Source: Psilocybe cubensis
Lineage: Eukaryota
Assembly (NCBI GenBank): GCA_017499595.2
Contig: CM038999.1
Span: 2,294,001 to 2,358,000, forward strand
Direction of reading: 5' to 3'
DNA: 64,000 bases
In this document: one piece after another, positions 12,200 through 24,021 of the stretch
Numbering within the stretch: position 1 is the first letter of the stretch
Layout of the letters: each line of letters begins with the position of its first letter
The notes under the pieces: model-generated
The model's input: the letters and a program-made list of their open reading frames with translations, nothing else
Database searches by the model: none
What the model was told of the DNA's origin: nothing
Translations under genes and position numbers: made by a program

Positions 12200-13267
12200 G
12201 AAGCGCCTCCAGATTGGTGGTACCAGCAAAACAGCCACTGGCCCCAAAGCATTGCCTTTTACTTATGGCATGATATCGCGTCCGGAACCCGGAGAACCTA
12301 CTCTACCGGACAAAAGCAGTTTATTGACTACGTGCAACTCCACAACCTCTACAACCCTGACGGATCCATCCTTCCTGCTTCCCAGCTTGCCATCATGTCC
12401 TGGGTGGCGTCACTTGCCGGGCGAGTGCAGCCCGCAACCATCAAAGCCTACCTCACACATGTTTGCTCTCTCCACGTCAACGCCGACCTACCCTTTACAG
12501 CTTGGGACTTACCAATTGTCAGCCGCCTCATCCAAGGAATCAAACTGTACCATGGAGAGCGCAACTGCAAACCCGTCCAACCCATCACCCTTCCAATTCT
12601 CACAGCGATGCTAAAGCAGCTGCAACCGGAAACAACCCCTGGACACAGGTCTGTTTTTGCTGCTTGCTGCCTGGCATACAGCGGACTCCTGCGCTCAGGT
12701 GAGTTCACCAGAGGCAAAGGCAAGCACAACCCATCTCTTAACCTTTCCCGCCACAACGTCAAATTTGTCCCATTGCTCAAAAACCCCACCCACATCATCC
12801 TCACCCTTCCTGCTTCTAAAACAGACCTGTTTCGGAAAGGCATATCAATCACTATTGCTTCCGCCCCTGGGCATCCCACCTGCCCAGTCGCTGCCCTCAA
12901 GAAACTTTTTTCGGAGAATCCGCTTAAGGCCTCATTGTCCCCACTGTTTGAGAACCCCGATGGCAGCGCGCTCACATACGACCACTTTGTTAAAACTATC
13001 TGCGCTGCCCTCACCCGTGCCGGCTACAATCCAGCCTTGTATGCTAGGCATAGTTTTTGTTGAGAGGTGGCATCGGCTGCCGCTCAAGCTGGTTACTCCG
13101 ACTACAAAATCCAGCTCCTGGGCCGATGGCGTAGCAATGCCTACAAGCTCTACATCGAAGCCGATCACAATCGCATTCTCCACCTTTCTTCTCTTCTTCA
13201 CATGGATCACACTCATTACGTTCCTTACGAGCCTCTGTCTCTTTATAACTTCACCTCTCTGGCTTGA
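12200..13267 (+). pseudogene. Ngaro tyrosine recombinase with an in-frame stop at the HxxR motif
   Basis: Reads IASGTRRTY...TIKAYL...AYSGLLRSGEF...LPASKTD...CPV...HSFC*...GRWRSNAYKLY. It overlaps the RNase H ORF in another frame; start approximate. Confidence 0.9.
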
Positions 13268-13971
13268 CTTGTGATCCCTGTTTTTTGCCGGTCCAAGTCC
13301 ATCTCGGATCCGCGACACAGCAGACCTATCCGGAGTCAAGAACTTTGGACCTCAAAAATAAAATTTTTTGACATGCAAACCACCTTTTTCATATCATCAC
13401 GACAACAACATTAATGGATCGAGCAAGGTGAAGAGTTGCTTGGGGTTAGTGTAAAGTCAATGGCCCTCTCAACCTTCGGCCACCAGGCCACCAGGCCTCC
13501 ATAAAACCTCATCCCCTCTTGTGGCCCACAACATCTTCATCTCTCATTCAGTTTGTACATTGATTCTCATAGAATAGCATGGACAATATAGTATACATGC
13601 CACTAGTGGCATTGGACTGTAGATACTTAAATAGAGCTTAGAAAGTAAGGATTCAGACATTTGTCCTCCTCACCGCGTTTCTTGTCTACTCTCAGTAGCA
13701 CTCGTCACTGTTTTTTTTTTTTTTTTTTGATCCCGCCCACCATCCCTTTCTCTTCATTCCATTCGCTCACATTACTCTTTTACCACTACTTTGCTCGTTA
13801 CATGTCCCTTGTAGTTAGCTTGACTTGTGATCCCTATTTTTCGCCGGTCCAAGTCCATTTCGGATCCGCGACACAGCAGACCTATCCGGAATCGAGAACT
13901 TTGGACCTTAAAAATAAAATTTTTTGACATGCAAACCACCTTTTTCATATCATCATGACAACAACATTAAT
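13262..13971 (+). repeat. B1-A2-spacer-B2 split direct repeat block of the Ngaro element
   Basis: GCTTGACTTGTGATCCCT...ACAACAACATTAAT occurs at 13262-13415 and at 13818-13971, with A2 (13415-13728) between them. Confidence 0.95.
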
Positions 13972-14849
13972 ATTAGAGTATACTCCAACATTGTCACATG
14001 TACATACCACATTACATGTGCGCACTTACATATTGGGCTTCAGCCCTTCATAGCTACTCAGTTCCTTCTTGTTTTCAACACCCACAATACATCCATTGTT
14101 CCTATCTTCTTGTCGTCACTTCCCCTGGGTCTCTTTCTAATATCAAAAAAAAACTCAAACTATACCTCCCCTTAGCCTTTGGCACACTCTCTCCATCTCG
14201 CCTTTGGCATTTTCCCTCTACACCTGCCAAACTGTCTGAATCACCTTGTTTCCGCTCTTTCCCTACTCCGCCCTTTCAACAAGAAATTGAGACTTGCATG
14301 GATACTTGCAACCATTACGCCTGGCAACTTTTTTTCCTCCAAGGTGACCTTCTAGTGCACAAACAAGTTCTGCGTTTTGCTTACAATAACGGAGAATCCT
14401 TTGACACTCTTTGTGCTTTTACTGCTGCGGTTATTAACTGTAAAGAGAGAATTGTTACTACCTATGCCTTACTGTCTGCCGCAGAATAAGAACTATGTAC
14501 CCTACATGCAAGGATCAACGAAGTCTTAGACCTATGTAATTCCCTGATCTCTGTTTCATGCACTGTCAATCATTTACACTCCTCCACTTCTCTTGATCCT
14601 GAGCAAATCACTGAGTGCAGTCTCTGTCTTGACAATTTGGAATATTGCCTTCAATTCTCCACTTCTTTATCACCTAAAAGTCTCTCTGACTTAACTCTTT
14701 CCAAATAAGCGCACATATATTTATCTCTCATGCATATACATCTCTGTTTTTTCTTTGTTTTCTCTTGCCTGCATTCATTTCCAACGGCCTTGTCCTTTTT
14801 TTTTTTTTTTGCATCTCCTCTCCTCTATTGTGTGTATACCGCCTGCGAT

Positions 14850-16064
14850 GCCAGCTGCAAAAGGCAAGGGCCGCTCCCTTTCCGTCAACCACAACAAAAG
14901 TGACAATGTCTGTTGTAGTCGCTCTGCACACCCGGCAGACCATGGCCGCGCCCGTGATACTACTAGCGGTGTCAACCCTGCTATCATTGCATTGATTAAA
15001 GCAGGGCAAAAATCAAACAAAAAGACTATGAAAGATATTCTAGAACTGTCAAGAATTCAAACTGAAACTATATTCCATTCTTTTCTTGCCTTGCCTTAGC
15101 TGCAGAACCCTGCCCCGGCTACTGTACAACCTGTTGCCCATACCTGCTCTCAAAGTGATAATTGTGGGTATAAGGTTCCATTCCCTGGAGCTTTTGATGG
15201 CTTGTCCACTACTGTCAAAGACCTACTTGCGTCATGGCAAAACTTCTTTCATTTCAATCCCAATGTGTATAAAACCATTGAAGCAAGAGTCCGTACCACT
15301 TTGAGCTCTTTTAGGTTGAGTTCCACTGCAGTCTGGCAGACTCAGTTCATTGACTAGCTGGAAACTGGGGCTTACACAATCACCACATGGGCAGACTTCA
15401 AACAATGTGTCAAAGACTCCTTCTTGCACCATTTCAGCCAGCAACGCACCAGCCAAGAAATCCTGTCAATCTGCCAGGGGTCCATGCCCGTTTAGAAATT
15501 CATCATTTTGTTTGACAAACTCTCCTTTCATTCAAAATTCAACAATGAGGCCCTAATCCAATGCTTCAAAGAGGCTTTCAACAACTGCATTCTGACAGAA
15601 ATTGGTCAGACTCACTGTGAAATGTGTACCATTGCCAAATGAAAGAGTGCGGCAATTCTAATGGATTACCAATTGTGTGAGACTGATGCAACATTGAAGT
15701 AATCCCTGAATTGGACCTTGTGGCACCCTTCATCCACACCTTCTACTGTTACACAACAAAACACAACTACTACTGCTCCTGCCCTTCTACCGTATAACCC
15801 CACAGCAAACTAGGCTACCCCTGCTCCCAACGTGTCACTGCCCCAAATATCTCTGTGCCAACAAACTCTCGCGCCTCACTTTCTTGCTTCAACTGTGGTT
15901 CCTTTGGTCATTTTATGTACTTGTGCCCCAAACCCAAAAACCTTGATTTTCAAAAGCGGTTGCGTGCAAAACTCAAACACGCTAGGGCTGTGTTGGAATA
16001 TTACAACCAACTCCCAATGATGACAAAGAGGAGATTTGCTATGTGGAAATTGACAAAAAGTTGA
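14850..16064 (+). mobile_element. Decayed LTR-retrotransposon gag-like relic with CCHC zinc knuckle
   Basis: Fragments FFHFNPNVY..ARV, TWADFKQCVKDSF, QGSMPV, EALIQCFKEAFN and CFNCGSFGHFMYLC (CX2CX4HX4C, ~15885). No pol seen. Confidence 0.6.
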
Positions 16065-16749
16065 TGTTTGAGGATGCGGATTTTGTCTTCTGCAACAAGT
16101 GAGTTGTACATCCTTGCCACCCATGTGTACACTGCCTATAATTACTCCAAAATTGCATACTTGTTTACCATTACAATCCGTACCTTTGCCTGCACAAATA
16201 TTCCTCTTGGCTACATTGTCTTCTACCCCAACGCCTCCTGAATAACCTTTAGTGGCTCCTCAACAGTCTTCTTCACTGTCTACCCTATGTTCCTTCCTCA
16301 TACATGACTCTATTTGTAATGAACCGCCTATCCTAGAATAATCTAAAGACTCCAATGATGAGGGCAATGATGACGACACCTGCAATCCTCCCCAATTGGC
16401 TAAACCTTTCCCAGAAGTCAAAGTGTCTCCTTTGCCACCCACTGGTACTGTTGAGTTACCCAATAAACCCACCTGCCCACCACCCGTCAACTGTCTGTCC
16501 CAGATTCTAGTTGCGATACGCAACCTTCTTCTTGACATCTGTTGCCTACAAAGTACCACCTGGCGCACCAAAAAGCTGCTTCGAGCTTGGGCTCTTAAAG
16601 AACGTTGGGATGACATTGACAACTCCCTTGTCAATGCTCTCTGTTCCTTACTATGGCCCCAGGCCGTCGACATCCTGACTCAACTCAAGAAGCCTCGAGA
16701 CTACATATCTCGTATGGGAAGCAAATGCCTAGATATTTACTAGTTTCTA

Positions 16750-19290
16750 CTACTTTTTATGATAAAATATAAGCATATGCCAGCAGCCTTATATCTTTCT
16801 AGTCAAGGGATAATTAATATAAAATCCCAATAACAAATTATGATATGAATTAATTTTTCTTTTTATTTTTGTCAGACAGATTTATCATATTTTGCCATAA
16901 ATTTATGATAACTTGCCATAAATTTATCATATGTAGATAGATATTAGATATGGAAATTAATGATATATATCATTAAACATATGGCAATATTATGATATAG
17001 AATGATATGAAAATTATGGTATAGGGTTTATTAGATAGATTTATTATTATTTGCTATAGATCTATTATTTTTTGCCATAAAATATATCATTAGCAAATGA
17101 TATAGCTAATATTAGCTAGATTATACTTATTTTATCTTAGATTATCTGTCAGATAATTATTATTTAACAGGCTATCTTATTAGATAGTATCTAGTTATTT
17201 TTATAAAGATCTAATCTAGGCATCTATATCAATGACATTACTGCTTAGCCTTTCCCTTTGCCTCGGCCCCTGGCTCTATAAATAGAGCTCATCCTATGCT
17301 ACTTTTGGGCATTGCTAGCAATGGATTAGGCGCTTTTTGGGGCATTTCTGGACCATTTCTCTTGGTCTTTTTTGGTAGACCTATAGTTTTAAAGTGTTCC
17401 AATCTGAATCTGAAATTAGAATTGCAATATATTTACTCATTATTGTGCAATTAAGCGTACAATGTCTTGGCCAAAAAGCGCACCTTGAATAGCACCCTCT
17501 AGGGGTTGGTATGCATCTTTTTGACTATGCCATTATTTTTTATTTATGTTAGACGGGGTACATGTCAAGTTTCAGGGTAATTAAAGCAGTAAAACCCATT
17601 GAACTAGGATATGCACCCTACCCCTCCCCCTCCTACCCCTTGTATGAATGTCTTCCTGATTAGATAAATTCAGGCCCAACTAGGGCTGAGTAGGCGCCTA
17701 TTATACCAATTTATAGAGCCCATAATCTTGATCAAATTCCAAGATTGAGGAGTACTACCCCATTCCCTCCAGAACTTGTGTATTTTATTATGCCATAGAA
17801 TGGGCTCTCAGACCATTAAAAAACATGTAGATCTACTATTAATAGTACATAGAGCCCAAAATTTACCCTTAAAAGCTCTCTGCAGCAAGGAAACATACTA
17901 ATTTAAGGGGGATATGAGAAGAGGTATGGCAGGTTATTAATTAGGTCATATCTCTACAAGTACTTCGTCATAAATCATATTCTTGATGTCTACAGATACC
18001 TATGGGTTCCTTCTAAATATTATTCTCAGTGCCTAAAAAGATCCATCCATTAGATGAGATACTGCAGAGAGAATACCATTCTTTATCAAAATGCACAGTA
18101 TTTTCACATTTACCATATATAAACATTCAAGATCAGGAAATATAAAAACAGGATAGTATAGCCCCAAATTGTAGCTTTCTAAAACATTAGATATGTTGTG
18201 CATTGGACCAGTGGTTGTTGAGATATGAAAAGAAAGGTGTTGAAGAACCCATCAGAGACCTGAATGGATATTGGCCTTTATTTATGCTTTGTTTGTGGTT
18301 ACCTCTTTGGCTTTTCTCCAAGATACATTTTAACATATGTCAGCTCATACTCATTGGATTTTTATGAGTCTATATACCACAGATAAGTATCATTTAGGAC
18401 TACACAACCGTATAGTTTATGTATTTTATAAGTGTTATCTTCCACATCATATTTTGCTTTTCCTCCATTTTTGAACAATAATGCTTATTCTTCTTGTACC
18501 ATCTTGTTAAGCGTTCTGGCCATTTGGCACCATGAATATAATATATAGAGGACCTTGATAGCTATCTGTGAATGTAAGGTATGTGCATTTTGGTGAAGTA
18601 TAAGTGGTAATATGGTCATATTATGTTGCACATCAAAACTTATTTCTTTTTCATTTATTATCCTTATTTCTATTTTTTATTTCTTATTTTTATTCCTTAT
18701 GACTCATTTTTTAGTAGTTTATCCTTATTTCAATAGTAGTATATAAACCCCTCCTATTGTAGGCTAGAACCCCCAAGCTGATTATCAACTTGGACAACTT
18801 GGTATAACCTAATTATATTACATTCAATCTAATAAGTTTGTTTGCTACTTTGCTTCCAACTTTGCTTCAAACTCCAATTCCAAATTTGATTGGACTTAGG
18901 CTCTAAGGAACTTAAGTCTGCCTCAACAACTTTAATCTGACTTCGACCAGTATTTGACCAACTTCGTCTTTGACTTAGTCTCTTGCCTAGTATTGTTCTC
19001 CTTTTAGATCTCCATATTCAAATTAGGGCACAAGGTATAGGAAGAGCGCAGCACATAAGCTAAAGCTAAGCCCTCCAATAACCAAATTCAATAGCAACTT
19101 CAGCCTCCAACTTCCATCTACAAACTCACCCTTAACTTTGTTCCGCTTGATACAACCCTAACAGCAGCACATAAGCTGAAGCTAAGCCCTCTGACAACTG
19201 AATTCAACAGCAACTTCATTTTCCAACTTTAGCCTCTGACTTCCATCTACAAACTGGCCCTCAACTTTGTTCTGCTTGACACACTCTAAC
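16750..19290. repeat. AT-rich non-coding block, probably old TE relics, ending in a tandem ~120-bp duplication (19048-19163 / 19164-19291)
   Basis: No ORF of 60 aa or more. GCAGCACATAAGCT..GCTAAGCCCT...AACTTTGTTC.GCTTGA.AC...CTAACA occurs twice. A TATATAAA lies at ~18740. Confidence 0.55.
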
Positions 19291-19521
19291 ATGGATGTCT
19301 GGTGAACACACAGACATAATAATTTATTTAGTCTTATCATTTGAATAATTTCATAGAAATTATTGTTACCAAACAGACTCTAAAGTACTGTAAAGTATAT
19401 ACATATATATGAATTACTATTAGATAGAACAAGAGTATTTACAGACTACAAATATAATTCTAATCTTACCACAACCTAGATTATTAAATTATAATTGGAA
19501 AAACAATATTACAAATTGCTA

Positions 19522-22034
19522 TTAACCATTATAAGGCTTCAGTTTGTAAGCATCTATTTGTGGATTGTCCACAAAATCCTCAAATATAAGATCACTTGAG
19601 TATTGAAGCTTTTGGTATTCAGCTGCTTTTTTTTTGGTTTGTCGCTTTTTATAAAATACACTATTGTATAATGAGCAAAAAAACCCAACCAATAAATTCA
19701 ATACTCACATTCCAAAAGCAATTATTCCAACCAAAACAATTAACCCAACAAAACCTCCAACAAGCTTGAATTTATTGGTTGAAACAAAATTGCTCAAACC
19801 TTGGGGATCAGGATCAACAAAAACAAGCTTTCGGTTAGGCAGCTCGGCTTTGCTAGGAGGATTGCTAGGGTCGTAACAATATTGTTTGAAGCAAGTAGAA
19901 CAGAAAGATGAACGAGAGATTGGAGGTGAAGCTTTTAATCGAGCACGATCAAAAGCTGCACACTGTAGACATTTCCCCCAATTTGGATCTGGTGCATTAG
20001 AATTGGGGGTAAAACCTGATGCAAGATTCAAGAAAACCTGATTAAAAAATACACGCGTATGACGCTGAGTGTATGTGAGCTGAAAGGTCGCCGTACTACC
20101 AACACTTAGTAAGAAGAGATATTAACCGAGAGACCAGATGACTGACTTGGTAGAAGGATTATCTCCCGTTATTGGTGGAGCATTTGGAAGATATATGATC
20201 AACGGATAGTCGTCAGAACTAGACGGGTCGCAGCCAAAGAAAGTCGGTCGAGCATTCACTCCGGTGGCAATGAAGTCATCGGCCGTAAAAGGGATGGGCG
20301 GGACTTTCTTATGTGATTTTTGAAGGAAATTTATTTGTCTTTGATTGCTAAATATTAGGCTCGTTCCACTGTTACACATAGGTCAGTATAAAGTTACGCG
20401 GATGAATGTGCATGTGTGTACTTTGGCCAATTATTCACAGGATCATCAGCGCTACCCTCCAGCGCCACTATGACATCGATGTTTCTGGCATTGACGAGTA
20501 GTGGTCCGTACGGGGTGTTTTCCTGGTTAGAAGCGCCGTCAATAAGGTTGATCCATGTAGCATCGGTATCTTGAAAGCTCGCGGAAGCCTGTCCTTGGAA
20601 TGGATTCGGCCAATTTGCAACATCGTTAGCTCGAGTACGAACTTCCCTGAGCTGCCGCTGCAGAAGATAGAGAAGGCCGGTGCTATCACTGCTCGAAAAT
20701 TGTGAAAGTGTGTTTGTTCCAAAATCGAGGATTTGCTGAAGGAGAGAGGGTCAATTCCAGCAGTCAAGATAGTCAGTCATGCAGATTGCTCACATTGAAC
20801 AGACTAGCACTGGAGCCCATGATGAACCCAGCCTGGTCAAAACCAATAACACATGCTGACCCGTTCAACGATCGACCGCCATCAAGGTGCGTCCCTGCGA
20901 AAGTTAAATTCATGCCGCTCGATAAAAAGGGATCGTAAGAAGCAAGTTCCAAGGGTGTGATCTAGAAACATCAATATGGTGGGCCAACGCATTGGAAATA
21001 GGTACGTACCTCGTACACCACCGAATCAAGGGAAAGAATGCCTGTTGAATTCGAGTTGGAGGGCCGCGAGTCGGCGACAACGATTGGAAATGGCGTCAAA
21101 TGAGCCTGGTAGGCGGGTATAAGCGGAATATCCGACCACAGTTGACCAGCGCCATGACCAGTATCGTTGGTGAAGAAATTGGATCGTGACGTTTGATTGA
21201 GAAAATGGTATGAAATCATTCGCGACCACACATCGGTGAGACTTGTGTCACTAGGAAGGAATGAGTTAGTAAGCGAGCTATAATGTCAAGTTTCAAATAC
21301 GCACATTCCTTGATTAGCTTTGGATATAACACTCCATAGGATGCTTCCAAAGAAATCCTGGTTCTTGTCAGAGAGCAGATTATCGCCATCGGGCGTAACA
21401 AAAGGAATATCCAACAACCATCCATCCAGATCTTTCCCATTTCCAAATACAAGGTCGTCGAGAGTAGGGAAATTATTGAAAAGTAGCGAACCTGTTATCC
21501 AGGAGCCGCCTGATGATTTCACCGTGAGTTATTCAGGACACAAGAATAAAGGGAGTTATAGAGCGCACCAGACAAACCAGCCATATAGGACGCAACCTGT
21601 AGCAATCCTCCAGTGCCCGCTGCTTTGGATGACACGTTCCGCGCATCCAATACCAACAAGGAGCTCGCACCGTATTGAGCTGCTCGAAGTCCTCCTCCAG
21701 GGATCGTGATTGCTACCCGTGGAAAGGGAGATGTGAAATTCGCAAGGTTATAGCCTAAAGCAGATCCATCCCCTAACCAATCCTTCCAAGCCTGGAGAAT
21801 CGTTGTCTTCTCCCGGGTCGATACATAAGCCTGTTCCCCCGGGTGAAGAGTCTGATTCTGCGGCGAAAACGATCGAATTAATGAAGTCGTCGAAAGGTCA
21901 GGACATTGGACATTGGTAGTAGGTGCATAAGCAGTGACCGAATCCGACGGCGCGCGTGATGACACGATAGGTCGATGGTTCTTGGCCACTGATAGACCGA
22001 ATAGTAGAAATTGAAACCATACGTCGGCTTTCAT
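19522..22034 (-). CDS. PLB1: Lysophospholipase / phospholipase B (PLA2c family) with signal peptide and C-terminal TM helix; multi-exon
   Basis: Motifs GGGLRA, GLSG|GSW (catalytic Ser), PFPIVVAD, ARPTFFGC and WGKCLQCA...CFKQYC. Confidence 0.9.
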
Positions 22035-22269
22035 GAGAGTCAAGAGGGGATTGGAATGAAGGCAACCAAGAACATCACTTCGCACTTAAGTATAATAATA
22101 ATAACATCATCGCCTCACTGGAAAGCGTGGACCAGGGCTGTTAGCAACACGCTGTGTAAATGCATCACTTCCATTTTTATCACTTTACAAAAAAGATTAA
22201 TACATTTGTCGTGCCAACAGTCATATCGATATAAAGGGAATAAGCATGGCTACTACTAAAGAAGCTGAA

Positions 22270-23764
22270 CTAGTCGTCAAATCCACCTTCAAACAAATAA
22301 TTAGCCGCAAGCTCCTCGTTCTTGTCACAGGCAAAGTAGGCCTCTAGCACAGCGTGCCGAGGGAACCCAAGGCCTTCCAACTGTTAAATAATAAAAAGTG
22401 AGTTATAATTAAACTTGCAGAGCAAACATGCACTGACTCGGAGAATGGCTGCCCTTTCTTCTTCTGTAACGCTGATAGTGTGAGCGTTTTGGGGAGGTTG
22501 GCCGCCGTTGCCGCCTTCCTCGTCGTCCAATTCGATGCCCAAAAGCTGGAAGAGCGCTTCGGGATTCTGCGCAATCATCTGTGCAATGGCAGGGTTCTGA
22601 GTAGCAAGTTGCTGTATCAGAGGCTGAATCAAGCCGGGATTTTGAGCCATCTGTTGGCGGAGCAACTGAATTTGAGGATTGTCGCGGAGAGCTTCGAGGT
22701 TGAGACCGCCGGCACCAGCACCAGCACCTGGGCCGCCAAGATTACCACCGCCTGGAACACCTCCTCCTTGTTGCTGCTGTTGCGCCAACTAGCAAGAAAA
22801 GATATGAGTATAATTTGCATTGATTATGACCTCAAGTTAGCTTACCTGGAAAAGATTCTGTGGTTGACCTGGTTGAGGCTGATTTGAAGATGGTGCTGCT
22901 GCTGCCGCCGCAGCAGCAGCAGGAGCAGGAGCGGGTGCTTGAGAAGATTGAGGAGGTGAGGTTGGAGCCTGACGGGCACTCTCTGCTTCAAGATGTGCGG
23001 GGATCCCCTGGGTGTATGGTCAAAACGAAAGCCATGTAATTGGAAATCAGATTAATCCCACATTCATGAGATATTCCACGGCGCGGTCGGGGTTGTTAAA
23101 ACTAGCGCGCATGGCCCGGAGAACCTGTTCTTTAGGGAACCCCATTTCAACCATATTGTTGATTGCAGATTGCAGCCCCTCTCCGGAGAGAAAGGAGCTA
23201 AGATCGCCAAAAGCTGGAGCGGACGTGGATGGCGTTGACAATGGGGCAGCCATGGTGACATCAGTAGCGGGCGCGGGTGCGGGTGCGGGTGCTGTGCCAG
23301 TTCCAGTTGAGGGAGCTGTGACAGGCTGCGATGGAGCAGCGGGGGCAGGGGCCTCTGCAGGTGCGGCGGATGTAGAGGGTGCGGGTGCTGGTGTAGGCTT
23401 AGGCTAGAAAAAAGATGAGATGATGGAAGACGAGATCGCGGCACCGACGCACTTTGGAGACCATCAAAACAAGGAAATCCTTCTCCTTGATTCCACACGA
23501 TTCAATGGTCTTGTCATCGACGAGCACCTTTCCTGGGAAGGGTCAACAGAGCGCGTAGACGGGAGCGACATCGACTGACCAGAGTATATTATTTTCTGGG
23601 TGGCAGCAGCATGGCCTTGGGACTCCTGGATTTTGTCCTTGAGGGTAGCGATGGTGTCCTGGCCCTCGACATCGACCTGTGCGATGTGAGAGTGTGTGTG
23701 CAGCGGCAAGGAGGTGGATTACCTGGAAAACCTTCTGCTGGGTGGTCTTTACGGTAATCTTCAT
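22270..23764 (-). CDS. RAD23: UV excision repair protein Rad23 (UBL-UBA-XPC binding-UBA)
   Basis: [60 protein letters not shown] and [15 protein letters not shown]. Confidence 0.96.
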
Positions 23765-24021
23765 TGTGGTGATTAGGAGAGGGACGATTACGAGGCCCGC
23801 CATTACAAAATCAATAAATATCCGCCAAGTCAATTACGAAATACGGCTAAGTCGCGATTAGGCGTAGATCGTGCAGAATAAATATTTGCCAAGTCATATT
23901 TATCTGCCAAGTCAATTAGTTAAGTCTAAATTAACCCTCTCGCCATCACCCCAACGGTACTGTGCCATGCCTTCTGTTCTCTCCACCGTTTTCCTCACCT
24001 CTCCTTCGTCCAGCAGCTCCC

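Larger units (their letters stand above)
7210..12614 (+). pseudogene. Ngaro RT/RNase H ORF, disrupted by stops and by insertions at 8269-9854 and 10064-11692
   Basis: Removing both insertions rejoins ...DSDAMEV|RLP*EKL... and ...SKFQKQR|LSRAARRDINWW...FTDAAG in frame. Confidence 0.88.
5846..13971 (+). mobile_element. Ngaro-type tyrosine-recombinase retrotransposon with split direct repeats (A1-gag-RT/RH-YR-B1-A2-B2), inactivated and carrying two nested insertions
   Basis: A1 5846-6154 matches A2 13415-13728, and B1 13262-13415 matches B2 13818-13971. The interior has a gag-like ORF, RT (KLDLESAFCHIP, LGFGCRSAPYIFN, HYLDN), RNase H (FTDAAG, HVDN, NAIAD) and YR (RSGEF, HSF, GRW.SNAY..Y). Confidence 0.93.

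Noticed and set aside
13058-13066. In-frame TGA in the YR as programmed readthrough or selenocysteine
   Set aside because: It sits at a conserved Arg position next to another CGT>TGT change, so CpG decay explains it.
16260-16743. 115-137 aa ORFs after the gag relic
   Set aside because: No recognisable motif or splice structure; they lie within decayed repeat sequence.
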